A stretch of 64,000 bases of DNA, from contig NC_043000.1 of NCBI RefSeq assembly GCF_006345805.1, positions 76,074,001 to 76,138,000 on the forward strand, in the 5' to 3' direction. Shown here piece by piece: positions 24,301-36,872 of the stretch; position 1 is the first letter of the stretch; each line of letters opens with the position of its first letter. Source of the stretch: Octopus sinensis (taxonomy: Eukaryota). The notes under the pieces are model-generated. The model saw only the letters and a program-made list of their open reading frames with translations, had not been told where the DNA came from and searched no databases. Both the position numbers and the translations under genes were made by a program.

Positions 24301-25321
24301 GTGCCAAAAAGCGAAAATCCACCGGCACATAAAATCACCAATCGGTTCATTTTCGCAACCCGACGCGCGATTTCAGCACGTGCACATCGATATCGTCGGA
24401 CCCCCGCCACCTTCGCAGAACTATTCATATCTGCTAACTTGCGTAGATCGTTTTTCGCGATGGCCCGAAGCCTGGCCCCTATCTGATATATCAGCAGAAA
24501 CGGTCGCCAAAACGCTGATATCACAATGGGTTTCGCGTTTTGGCACACCCGCAACAATCACCACCGACAGAGGACGTCAGTTCGATTCCCACCTTTTCAC
24601 CGAGCTGACTCGTCTCCTCGGGTGTAAACACACCCGCACTACGGCTTACCACCCTGCAGCAAATGGCATGGTCTAACGCTTTCACCGCCAACTCAAGGCA
24701 TCTATCAAAGCAGCTCCAGACAGTTCTCACTGGTTGGAACATTTCCCTCTCATCCTCCTTGGAATTCGATCCACGATTAAGGAAGAACTGGGATATACTC
24801 CGGCCGAACTCGTTTATGGCACAGCACTCACCTTACCTGGGCAGATGATCGAACCTGTTTCACAAAACTTTCCTGACTCACAACAATATGTGCACCGATT
24901 ACGGACATCCATGTCGCAGTTATCACCTTCAGGCCCCAGACAACAGAACGTCGTTTCACGTGTCCCAAAAGATATCAACACTTGGACTCATGTCTTCGTG
25001 AGGAATGATGGGATACCCTCTCAACTTCGACCACCATGTTCCGGGCCCTACAAGGTCATCAAAAGAGAACCCAAGTATTTCGTCCTCGATATTGAAAGTA
25101 AACGAAATACGGTCTCGATTGATCGTTTAAAAAAAGCTTTCATCGAGGAGGACTTACATTCAGTCCCCTCCTTTCCTCGAACAGACTCGGCAACTCCAGC
25201 GAACACCACAGATTCTGCACAACCCCGACACACCAAATCAGGAAGAACAGTTCGATGGCCAGCAAGGTTTGTGCAAGTTTTTCGGGTAAGTTCTGAACTC
25301 CTAACTTATCCATCTTCCTAA
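21319..25321 (+). pseudogene. Disrupted gag-pol, copy 1
   Basis: ATG at 21319. Stops at 21433, 22144, 22857, 23672 and 24674. Frameshift near 23250, deletion/duplication near 22745-22770, and YxDD degraded to CIYD. -1 slippery site GGGAAAT at 22179-22185. Protease LVDTGAEVS; integrase HVHIDIVG...TDRGRQF. Confidence 0.92.
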
Positions 25322-25893
25322 TGAAATGCATACATCAACACATAACTCACATAACTGCATCACCCACATACAACCCAGAGAAATCAAAGAACATTCACGT
25401 ACATAAAAAAAAAAAAAACGAAAACAAGAACGTTGTTCCACATCAACGAAAAACTGTCTGTATAAACTTTTACGGAACATTTCACAATCGAACTTTGCCG
25501 ATGAACATTTCTTTCATTTTTGCATGTACATATTTTTTGTTTTCTCTTCAAAATGTTTTGCTTTCTTATAAATATATTTTTGCTAACTGTATATTCACAC
25601 ACATTTACAAATCATGTTCTCATGTGTGCTATCTTTTTCGATCTTTTTCGCCACTGAAAGACACCTTGCCTCTATTAGACCTCTAGTGGGTCGAGTAATC
25701 AATAGACGCACATCTCTTTCAACGCGCCAACATATTTCTGCCTGGGCACATATACATATTGCCCACCTTATAGCACATACAAACAGCAAACCTTTCATTC
25801 ATATTTTTATCGTTCAATGTGTAAAATTTTTTCTGCATACACACAAAGAATAACATTTCCAATATCGTTCGATCTCTGTGGCTTTCTCACTAG

Positions 25894-26426
25894 TGTAAGA
25901 GTTAGCACTTCCTTCTCTAAGCTTGGATTCGAAATCGAATCCAAGAATCATCGGTCGTCAAATACCAATGCATGCAAAGGCGCGAAATTAAGATTCCTTT
26001 GTTCTGACAAAAAGTGATTGATCGTCTCCCTTTGACCTCCGACCTGAGCCATGTCAGGCGAAGTTCAAGAGGACGAACGATGACCTACTTAAACAGTAAC
26101 TGTGTTGCGATATATCTATTTTTCTGGCTATTTGAGATTTTATAAATAGAAAGGAAAAAACGGCTACACAGAGAGAACCGGAGCTGACGCTAAAGCAGAC
26201 ACTACACGTTTTGGAGACGACTAGAGAATATGCCTACAGGTTACTGTCCTGAATGATTTACTCACACACACACACACACACACACACGCAAACATATTCT
26301 TCTTTAATATGTATTCTGTACAAGCAATGCGTAGCATTGCTTACAAAATTTATGTAGTGTAAATAAATCTCTATTTAATCACGAAACAACTTAGGTATTT
26401 ATTAATACATACACACATCCACTACA
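25894..26426 (+). repeat. LTR2 (shared central LTR)
   Basis: Appears identical to LTR1, including (CA)n length, and is followed by the PBS. Confidence 0.95.
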
Positions 26427-26545
26427 TTTGGTGACCCCGTAAAACGAATTGCGCCTTCCCCGGAACCAGCTTCATCAACCGCGTCGAAGAATTACAGTTT
26501 GCACATCACCCGGCAACGAAGCACCTGAAAATTCCGACGAAAACA

Positions 26546-29500
26546 ATGGACCTCCCGGAACAGAATCCAGCGGCCAACATCATACCTCCGATCGACATGG
26601 CATTCCAAGCGGCGATTTCTTTAAAAATTCCACCATTCTGGACCCACGACCTTGCATTATGATTTTACCATATAGAGGCACAGTTTGCCTCTCACAGAAT
26701 ACTGAGCGATGCGTCTCGACTTTCGCATGTTATCGGTTCTCTGTCGCCAGAAATAACAAACGTTATCCGTGATTTTATCATGGCACCACCCGGTTCTATT
26801 TCGTACGAAGTTTTTAAAACCACGTTGATAAACAGAACCTCCGAATCGCAACATAAAAGACTTCAGCAGCTTCTGATATCGGAAGAATTGGGCGACAAAA
26901 CGCCGTCCCAGCTTCGTAGAATGAAGCAGCTTCTCGGAGATGAGACGCTCCCAGAAAAAATGTTCAAGCAGCTTTTTCTCCAGCGTCTGCCCTCCAATAC
27001 CCAGGTTGTTCTCGCGTCTACCAGAGAAAATACATCCATTGAAGAACTGGCGGAGCTAGCTGACAAAATAGCCGAAGTACCGCACAAATATCCAACGGTA
27101 TCGACGGTGACGCCAGCCGCTCCCAGTACCAATCCTTTCCATGCACAAACCAGTTCTTCCGAGATTTCGGACTTGCGTGCATTAATGACGCAGCAAGCTG
27201 CTCAAATACAGATCCTCACAGCCCAAATACAGGCCCTAAAGCTTAGTCCCCAGCGTCGAAGCACCAGCCGATCGCGACGAGATGGCAGACAGTCCCGAAG
27301 CCTCAGTGTTACCCGCAACTCACATGACACGTGTTGGTACCACCGAACATTCGGAACACGGGCACAAAAATGAAGGGTACCGTGCTCGTTTTCCCCACCC
27401 AGTTCGGGAAATGGCACAGCCAGGAATTGAACGCGACGGAAGTTCCTGGCTCGCACCCACACAGTCGCCTGTTTTTCGTTTGCGATCGGGTAACAGGCAC
27501 GCGTTTCCTGGTTGACACAGGTGCGGAAGTCAGCATCATCCCAGTCTCCAACACTTCTGGAAAAAGAAAAGAGACATCAGTCTGTCTTCAGGCAGTCAAC
27601 CATTCACCCATTCCAACCTACGGTGAACAGTCCCTAACATTGAACATAGGACTACGCCGCACATTTCAGTGGGTATTCGTCGTCGCTAAACTGCCGACCC
27701 CTATCTTAGGAGCCGATTTCCTGCATCATTTCGGTCTCCTGGTAGACATAAAGAACAGACGACTTGTCGACACCACCACCAAGCTTACTGTGCGCGGTAC
27801 AGCCGCTCGAATGGACACAGTCAGCCCAACTGTAATGCTTACAACAACGACTCGTCACAGTTCCATACTGAATGAATATCCAGACGTCGCTCGACCAGTT
27901 TTCCACAACCAGCCGATCAAACACGACGTTACCCACCACATCAAAACCAACGGTCCACCTGTTGCTGTCAAGCGGAAATTCCAGCGGAAATTCCAGCACA
28001 TGCTCGACCTCGGAATCATCCGCACTTCCAGCAGCAACTGGTCCTCGCCGATACACTGCGTCCCAAAAAAATCATCGACTGATTAGTGGGTTTGCGGCGA
28101 TTATCGATCGCTGAATAAAAGCACTATCAGTGATGCCTATCCGGTGCCTTTTCTTCAAGACTTTTCGAGCTCGCTGCCTGGAGCTCGCATCTTTTCCAAA
28201 ATCGACCTGGTGCGAGCATACAACCAAATCCCAGTCGAACCTGCGGACATCTCAAAGACAGCAGTTACTACACCTTTCGGAATGTTTGAATTCCTGCGTA
28301 TGCCTTTCGGTTTACGAAACGCGGCACAGACATTCCAAAGGTTTATCGACATGGTGACTAGAGGTTTGCCTTTCGTCTATGCATGCATATACGACATACT
28401 CGTGGCCAGTAACTCGGACGAAGAACATAACCAACACCTCCACCTGCTATTCGAACATCTCCGTCAATTTGGTGTTTTGTTATCAACCCTACTAAATGTT
28501 TGTTCGGAGTTGCTTCCCTTCATTTTCTCGGGCACATTGTCGATAAGAATGGAATTCGTCCCCTTCCCGAGAAGGTCAAGACCATCGTGGATTTTCCACC
28601 ACCCACATCTCTCCGCAAATTAAGGGAATATCTCGGTCTAGCGAATTTCTATCGACGGTTCGTGCCCCACCTCGCTGAAATAGCGCAACTGCTCACGGAT
28701 TTGCTACGTCAGCGAACCTGCAAAAATGCAGATATAGCTCTGACCGAAGATCAACTCGTTTCTTTCGCTGCCCTGAAAAAAGCGTTATCTAGCGCTACCA
28801 TGTTGGTTTATCCAAAACCAGACGCTCCACGATGTTTACTCGTTGATGCATCCGATTCCGGAATTGGAGGTGTGCTACAACAGCTTGTTGACGGTATATG
28901 ACAACCGTTGTCTTTCTTTTCTAAGCGGTTAAAACCCGCGGAAACCAAATACAGCACATTCAGTCGGGAATTATTAGCGGCATACCTGGCCGTTAAGCAT
29001 TTCCGTCACATGCTAGAAGGTACCAATTTTGCCATATACACCGACCACAAGCCATTAGTATACGCATTTAACACCAAGCCGGATCGCCACTCGCCGAGAG
29101 AAATCCGCCACCTCGACTTCATATCGCAGTACACGACGGATATACGCCACATCAAAGGGACGACCAACTTAGCAGCCGATGCACTTTCACGTGCGCAGAT
29201 CAATGCTATCCACACCACGTCTACAATTGATCTGGCACGTATAGCAGCTGACCAGGAGAATGACGAAGAACTTCTAAAGCTCCGGAATTCGTCATCTCTG
29301 AAATTTCAGCATGTTCCGCTACCATCATCCACGGCCCATATTTGGTGTGATATCTCCACTGGTTACCAACGCCCTTATGTACCACAGAAATATCGTCGAG
29401 AAGTTTTCTCTGCTCTACATTCTCTGTCACATCCTGGTATTTGCTCCACTCAAAAGCTGATATCGACCCGTTTTGTGTGGACCAGTATCAACAAGGATAT

Positions 29501-30548
29501 CAGAGAATGGACCAAGTGCTGTGTTGCGTGCCAAAAAGCGAAAATCCACCGGCACATAAAATCACCAATCGGTTCATTTTCGCAACCCGACGCGCGATTT
29601 CAGCACGTGCACATCGATATCGTCGGACCCCCGCCACCTTCGCAGAACTATTCATATCTGCTAACTTGCGTAGATCGTTTTTCGCGATGGCCCGAAGCCT
29701 GGCCCCTATCTGATATATCAGCAGAAACGGTCGCCAAAACGCTGATATCACAATGGGTTTCGCGTTTTGGCACACCCGCAACAATCACCACCGACAGAGG
29801 ACGTCAGTTCGATTCCCACCTTTTCACCGAGCTGACTCGTCTCCTCGGGTGTAAACACACCCGCACTACGGCTTACCACCCTGCAGCAAATGGCATGGTC
29901 TAACGCTTTCACCGCCAACTCAAGGCATCTATCAAAGCAGCTCCAGACAGTTCTCACTGGTTGGAACATTTCCCTCTCATCCTCCTTGGAATTCGATCCA
30001 CGATTAAGGAAGAACTGGGATATACTCCGGCCGAACTCGTTTATGGCACAGCACTCACCTTACCTGGGCAGATGATCGAACCTGTTTCACAAAACTTTCC
30101 TGACTCACAACAATATGTGCACCGATTACGGACATCCATGTCGCAGTTATCACCTTCAGGCCCCAGACAACAGAACGTCGTTTCACGTGTCCCAAAAGAT
30201 ATCAACACTTGGACTCATGTCTTCGTGAGGAATGATGGGATACCCTCTCAACTTCGACCACCATGTTCCGGGCCCTACAAGGTCATCAAAAGAGAACCCA
30301 AGTATTTCGTCCTCGATATTGAAAGTAAACGAAATACGGTCTCGATTGATCGTTTAAAAAAAGCTTTCATCGAGGAGGACTTACATTCAGTCCCCTCCTT
30401 TCCTCGAACAGACTCGGCAACTCCAGCGAACACCACAGATTCTGCACAACCCCGACACACCAAATCAGGAAGAACAGTTCGATGGCCAGCAAGGTTTGTG
30501 CAAGTTTTTCGGGTAAGTTCTGAACTCCTAACTTATCCATCTTCCTAA
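26546..30548 (+). pseudogene. Disrupted gag-pol, copy 2
   Basis: Every listed ORF recurs with an identical translation at +5227. Confidence 0.92.
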
Positions 30549-31120
30549 TGAAATGCATACATCAACACATAACTCACATAACTGCATCACCCACATACAA
30601 CCCAGAGAAATCAAAGAACATTCACGTACATAAAAAAAAAAAAAACGAAAACAAGAACGTTGTTCCACATCAACGAAAAACTGTCTGTATAAACTTTTAC
30701 GGAACATTTCACAATCGAACTTTGCCGATGAACATTTCTTTCATTTTTGCATGTACATATTTTTTGTTTTCTCTTCAAAATGTTTTGCTTTCTTATAAAT
30801 ATATTTTTGCTAACTGTATATTCACACACATTTACAAATCATGTTCTCATGTGTGCTATCTTTTTCGATCTTTTTCGCCACTGAAAGACACCTTGCCTCT
30901 ATTAGACCTCTAGTGGGTCGAGTAATCAATAGACGCACATCTCTTTCAACGCGCCAACATATTTCTGCCTGGGCACATATACATATTGCCCACCTTATAG
31001 CACATACAAACAGCAAACCTTTCATTCATATTTTTATCGTTCAATGTGTAAAATTTTTTCTGCATACACACAAAGAATAACATTTCCAATATCGTTCGAT
31101 CTCTGTGGCTTTCTCACTAG

Positions 31121-31651
31121 TGTAAGAGTTAGCACTTCCTTCTCTAAGCTTGGATTCGAAATCGAATCCAAGAATCATCGGTCGTCAAATACCAATGCAT
31201 GCAAAGGCGCGAAATTAAGATTCCTTTGTTCTGACAAAAAGTGATTGATCGTCTCCCTTTGACCTCCGACCTGAGCCATGTCAGGCGAAGTTCAAGAGGA
31301 CGAACGATGACCTACTTAAACAGTAACTGTGTTGCGATATATCTATTTTTCTGGCTATTTGAGATTTTATAAATAGAAAGGAAAAAACGGCTACACAGAG
31401 AGAACCGGAGCTGACGCTAAAGCAGACACTACACGTTTTGGAGACGACTAGAGAATATGCCTACAGGTTACTGTCCTGAATGATTTACTCACACACACAC
31501 ACACACACACACGCAAACATATTCTTCTTTAATATGTATTCTGTACAAGCAATGCGTAGCATTGCTTACAAAATTTATGTAGTGTAAATAAATCTCTATT
31601 TAATCACGAAACAACTTATGTATTTATTAATACATACACACATCCACTACA
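31121..31651 (+). repeat. LTR3 (531 bp)
   Basis: Differs from LTR1/2 by one CA unit and one substitution (acttatg vs acttagg). Confidence 0.95.
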
Positions 31652-31660
31652 CATGTATGC

Positions 31661-31716
<56 letters not shown>

Positions 31717-31724
31717 TATATATA

Positions 31725-32047
31725 GTGAAGATGCGTGGCTTAGTGGTTAGGGCATTCGACTGACGATTTTAAGGTCGTGAGTTCGATTCCCGGCGATGCG
31801 TTGTGTCCTTGAGCAAGACACTTTATTTCACGTTGCTCCAGTCCACTCAGCTGGCAAAAATGAGTTGTACCTGTATTTCAAAGGGCCGGCCTTGTCACAC
31901 TCTGTGTCACGCTGAATCTCCCTGAGAACTACGTTAAGGGTACACGTGTCTGTGGATTGCTCAGTCACTTGCACGTTAATTCCACGAGCAAGCTGTTCCG
32001 TTGATCGTATCAGCTGGGACCCTGGTCGTCGTAACCGACGGAGTGCT
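31725..32047 (+). mobile_element. SINE with a different tRNA head + tgtccttgagcaagacactt core + tail Y
   Basis: A box tggcttagtgg and B box gagttcgattccc. The 3' half is shared with 15799-15980. Confidence 0.8.
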
Positions 32048-32428
32048 CCTATATATATATACACATATACATACACACACATACACATCGACTTACAGGT
32101 ACACAAACCTTCGTACATATGTATATATACACATGACGTACATATACTTCTGCATACATTATTACGCATCCAAAACATGAATTCGTCACAAGCACAAATG
32201 CATGTAAATAAATAATCAAATATAAATATACATACAAACACATATATACTTACATAGACACACACAAATATATACATAGATGCGTAGCAGTGATTTGAAA
32301 CCTAACTGCTACATACTCGGTTTAGACACAAGTGAGCCACCATAGTTTCACGTGATCGGTGTTTAAATCGACTAATCAGGGTGAGGTGGCGGCTTGATAT
32401 AGTTTTCTCGAATGCTCTTCTTATACCC

Positions 32429-34500
32429 TATTCTATCTATCTATCCGCTCAGTCGAAGTCGGCTCTCGGTTACTCGATGGATCAGTGTCCTCCAGCCAGT
32501 TCTATCCTGGGTCGCTTCTTTCAGATTGGCTATGGCCATTCACGTGTCACTCTTGCTGGTGTCAAGCCAGCGGGTACTTGGTTGGTCTCTTCCTCTCTTG
32601 CCACTGACCCTTCCGAGCACGATGTCCTTCTCCAGGGATTTTCTCTGCATAATATGACCAAAATATGTCAATCTATGCTTGGTGATCCTAGCTTCTAGCG
32701 ACAGTTTTGGCTTGATCTGGTTAAAAACTTCTCCATTAGTGAGCCTCGCTGTCCATGGAATCCGTAAAATTTTTCTCCAACACCAAAGCTCGAATGCATT
32801 AATTCTCTTCTGGTCAGCTTTCTCTAGTGTCCAGGTCTGGCATCCGTATGTTGCTACTGGGAAGACGATTGCATTCACCAATCTGCATTTGGTAGCGAGT
32901 CTGATGTCTCTACTCTTCCAGACCTTGCTCATGCTGACCATTGCCTTTCTGCCTAGTACTATCCGCCACCTTATTTCTGGAGTGCAGTTACCATCTCGAT
33001 TTAATTTGAAGCCAAGGAAGATGATATCATCAACCACTTCGATCTCTTCATTATCGATCTTGATGCTGATATTTGTTGTGGCTGCTGTTAACATGATCTT
33101 CGTTTTCTTGACATTGAGGTACAGCCCAAATTTCTCACTCTCTTTCTTGACTAGCAGAATAAGATTCTCTAGATCCTTATTATTTTCTACCAGCAGGGTT
33201 GTATCATCTGCATAGCGAAGGTTATTAATATTTCTTCCTCTAATCCTTACTCCAATGTTGCTATCCTCCAGGCCTGCATTCCTCATGACCTTTTCAGCGT
33301 ACATGTTGAAGGCTGCTCGTAATAGGATGCAACCTTGCCAAGTGCCTTTTCCAATCTCAAACCAATCAGTGTCACCATATGGTGTCCGTACTGTAGCCTC
33401 TTGGTTTCGATAGAGTTATCTAATAAGCTGGACAAGGTGTAAAGGTGTCCCCATTTCCTCCAGAAATTTCCATAACTTGTCATGATCAATGCTGTCAAAG
33501 ACTTTGGAGTAACCGATGAAACACATGTACAGCTTCTTTTGGTATTCTCTTGCCTTTTCCATAATCCACCGTAGGTTGGCGATGTGATCGCGGGTGCTTC
33601 TTTCCTTTCTGAAACCAGCTTGCACCTCTGGCAATTCTCTCTCAATAGTTGTGTTCAGGCGCTTCTGGATGATTTTAAGGAGAATTTTGCTTACATGGGG
33701 GATCAGGGTGATGGTACAGTAGTTTGCGCAGTCCTTGGTGTCTCCTTTCTTTGGTATTGGGATGAAAACTGACCTCTTCCATTCCCTTGGCCACTTACAG
33801 GTTCTCCATATTCGTTGGCAAAGCGATGTTAGCGTTTTTGTTGGTATTGGCTTGAGTAATTCTAGTGGTATGCCATCAGTACCAGGGGCTTTTCGGTTGG
33901 CCAGCTGTTTCATTGCCCGTACCACCTCATCATCCAGGATGTTTGGCTCCAGTTCCAGTCGCTTCTCTTCTGCCTGCTCATCGAGGTTGTTCTCTTCTTG
34001 GTCATCCAGTTCTTTACCATTTCTCCCACGGATGGTTGCTTGTCTGGCCATGAATGCTGTACGGGTCTTCTTTACATGTTGGTAAAGTTCTCTCATGTTC
34101 CCTTTCCTGTATGCCTCCCCTGCCCTTGCACATTCCTCATTCCAGTATTTCCCTTTGTCCTTCCTGGCGGCCTGTTGGAACATTGCATTCAGGCGCCGCA
34201 CTTCATCCCTGCTTCTGGTCATCTTTGTTCTCCTTCTTTCTTCTGCTATTACATAAGTCTCCTCCGAAATCCACTTTGCTGATCGTGTGGGTTTCTTATA
34301 CAGTACATGTTTCTCTGCTGTTTCAACGACAATTTCCTTCACGTTCTCCCATATTTCTTCTGCTTCTTGATTCTCTTCGATGGCAAGCAGTTCGAAGCGG
34401 TTCCTGATCTCAACAGCGTATGATGGACCGATCTTGTTGGTATCAAATTTCTGGCAAGCGGGTGGTCGCTTGATGCTGCAGAGTCGCATCTTGATCTTGC
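32429..34500 (-). mobile_element. 5'-truncated RTE-clade LINE (BovB-like ORF)
   Basis: ORFs 33416-34489, 33283-33645 and 32540-33304 give KAPGTDGIP, VQAGFRKERSTRDHIANLRWIMEKAREYQK, NNLRYADDTTLL and FELWCWRKILRIPW. (GATA)n-like tail; frameshifted. Confidence 0.9.
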
Positions 34501-34764
34501 ATTAAAAAACCCCATTTTGGCGCCTTTCTAATCGCAGAGTGTTAAAAGCAGCTGACTGACCCGTGCCTCCACCCTTGCATGCAGACAGCTCTAGATATTT
34601 GCGCAGACACCTCAAGGTTCTTGGACAGACTCATTCTGAACATTCACACAATGTTTCATAAGTAACTTCTACGGATGCTGAGCAGTTGTTCACTCTGTCC
34701 TAGTCGGCAATTATTATTACTGCTCATTGTAAATAGTCAAAACCAAATATCTTCGTATCTCTCT

Positions 34765-35155
34765 CTTTACTCTTTTATTTGTTTCAGTCATTTGACTGCG
34801 GCCATGCTGGAGCACCGCCTTTAATCGAGCAACTCGACCCCGGGACTTATTCTTTGTAAGCCTAGTACTTATTCTATCGGTCTCTTTTGCCGAACCGCTA
34901 AGTGACGGGGACATAAACACACCAGCATCGGTTGTCAAGCAATGCTAGGGGGACAAACACAAACATACACGCACACATATATATACATATATACGACGGG
35001 CTTCTTTCAGTTTCCGTCTACCAAATCCACTCACAAGGCTTTGGTCGGCCCGAGGCTATAGTAGAAGACACTTGCCCAAGGTGCCACGCAGTGGGACTGA
35101 ACCCGGAACCATGTGGTTGGTAAAAAAGCTACTTACCACACAGCCACTCCTGCGC
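34765..35155 (-). mobile_element. SINE family 1 copy
   Basis: Homologous to 1206-1594. Confidence 0.8.
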
Positions 35156-35344
35156 AATATTTCCATTAAATGTTCGCGAGTTTCCTTCACTTCATGCAGC
35201 CAATGCAATCTTTTTGCTACTACACAAGCGACAATCAACCAGCGACTGATACATACATACATAGGTATGTACGTATGTATGAATTCTTTTATGCGTTTCA
35301 TCCTAAAGGGTGTGACCATGAGTGTATATATATGCACCATATAT

Positions 35345-35585
35345 ATACACTCAGAACCTGTTGCCATCAAGGGTGGTTTGAACAGAAGGTTATGTTGTGA
35401 ATTTAGTGCTGCCTTGCCCTGACTACAGTCCAGACCTGGCATCATCAGATGACCACCTTTTCCAAGCCATGGCTCATTTCCTGCATGGACAGAGGTTCAA
35501 CAATGTGAATGATACTGGAAACATGTGCAGGGAATTTTTTTGCCTCTAAACTACCCAAATGATACAAGCATGGAATTGAAGCGAT
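35345..35585 (+). mobile_element. mariner transposase C-terminal relic
   Basis: Translates DYSPDLASSDDHLFQAMAHFLHGQRF (YSPDLAPSD motif). Confidence 0.7.
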
Positions 35586-36447
35586 ATATTTTGCTGTATA
35601 AATGCTTTCCATATGTAATTTGCTTGAACTATTAATTAAAACTTCAAATATGAAAAATCTTTTGATACAACCTTGTATATATATATATATATATATATAT
35701 ATGGAGGGGGGGGCGTGTTCGTATGTATGGGAACCAGCCTTTCTTTTCTGCATGTTTCATTAAATACATGACTGTTCAAGTGTCATCTTTTTTACTTTGG
35801 ACGTTTCATTTTCTTATTAACTTTTTACAGTTGGTTTGGCACAATAGGGTTCCTAAGTTCATATTCGACATTTTTATCTCATCATCATGAATGGAGTTGA
35901 ATATATTTGACGTTTGTGCTGTTTATATATTCTGTGAAGTCATTGTCCTGAGTACACAGTATCAAATTCTTACATATTGAGTAAGAACAATTATCAGCTA
36001 TTGTTACACTCTGGTATTACATTATTTGAGCTATATACCTGTCAGATCTTGATCATTTTTATAGACTGTTTTTAAGATGTGCATTTTCACAACCATGAGA
36101 TTTCGGGTTCAGTCCCACTGTGTATCTTGGGTACATGCCTTCTGCCATGACCTTGGGTCAAGTAATGCCTTTTGAGTGAAATTTGGCAGATAGAAACTGT
36201 AAATAAGCCCAGTGTCTGTGTGTCCATGTTTGAAAAATAGTTATCAGACTTAAAATAAGTACTAGGCACATTATTATTGACTTAAACCCTTCAAGTTGGT
36301 GCTGTAGTATGGTTACAGTCCCATGACTGAAACAAGGAAAAAAACAAAAGAAAAACAATGAGAAATACAATGAGAAGCAAGTGTTCAGAAGTAAATAGAT
36401 ATTCAATCGCAATTATGACAATGTCTCTTTATTGAGATGATATAAAC

Positions 36448-36608
36448 TTAAGGACTAGATTCTTTAGTTTGTTTCTCTTTAGGTTTTGTAGCTACAGCAA
36501 TGTCTTTCAGTTCTGGCAACAGTTCCTCTAAGACAGCCCCTTCATTAGACTCTATTATTTCTTCATGTTCGTCTTCATTGTGAGACTTCATATCTTTAAT
36601 TACCAAAT
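36448..36608 (-). CDS. UFL1: UFL1 terminal coding exon
   Basis: Acceptor ttctttttccag|at is phase-compatible with the 47442 donor. 161 nt giving (D)LVIKDMKSHNEDEHEEIIESNEGAVLEELLPELKDIAVATKPKEKQTKESSP*, similar to the UFL1 end (GLVVKQL...LQELSSSIKDLVL). AATAAA on the minus strand at 36433-36428. Implied intron is 36609-47441. Confidence 0.78.
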
Positions 36609-36659
36609 CTGGAAAAAGAAACAACTAGTATTTGTTAAAATGTTTATAAAGGTTTTCCT

Positions 36660-36872
36660 CCAAAGAATCTATAAATACTGGTTTCAAATTTTGGCACAAG
36701 ACCAGCGAGTTCGGGGGAGGAGGTAAGTCAATTACCTCAATACCAGTGTAACTGGTACTTATTTTATCAACTCTGAAAGGGATGAAAACCAAAGTCAACC
36801 TTAGCAGAATTGGACATGAAATGTTGCAAAGCATTTTGCCCAGCATGCTAATGATTCTGCCAGCTCACCACC
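36660..36872 (-). mobile_element. Diverged SINE family 3 copy in UFL1 last intron
   Basis: Reverse complement starts ggtgagctggcagaatcattagcatgc, similar to the 18134 head. Confidence 0.6.

Larger units (their letters stand above)
20667..31651 (+). mobile_element. Tandem LTR-int-LTR-int-LTR dimer of a CsRn1-lineage Ty3/Gypsy element
   Basis: 5227-bp period; three TGTA...TACA LTRs; CATG TSD at 20663-20666 and 31652-31655; tRNA-Trp-type PBS; CHCC gag motif CWYH-x9-(C)-x3-C; PR-RT-RH-IN order. Confidence 0.95.

Noticed and set aside
21433-24676. TGG-to-stop changes as APOBEC-like hypermutation
   Set aside because: Only three cases. Trp codons are the easiest route to stops, and the other two stops are not G-to-A.
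25321-25686. 121-aa ORF after pol as a possible env or accessory gene
   Set aside because: Low-complexity, runs through a poly-A tract, no signal peptide or recognisable motif.
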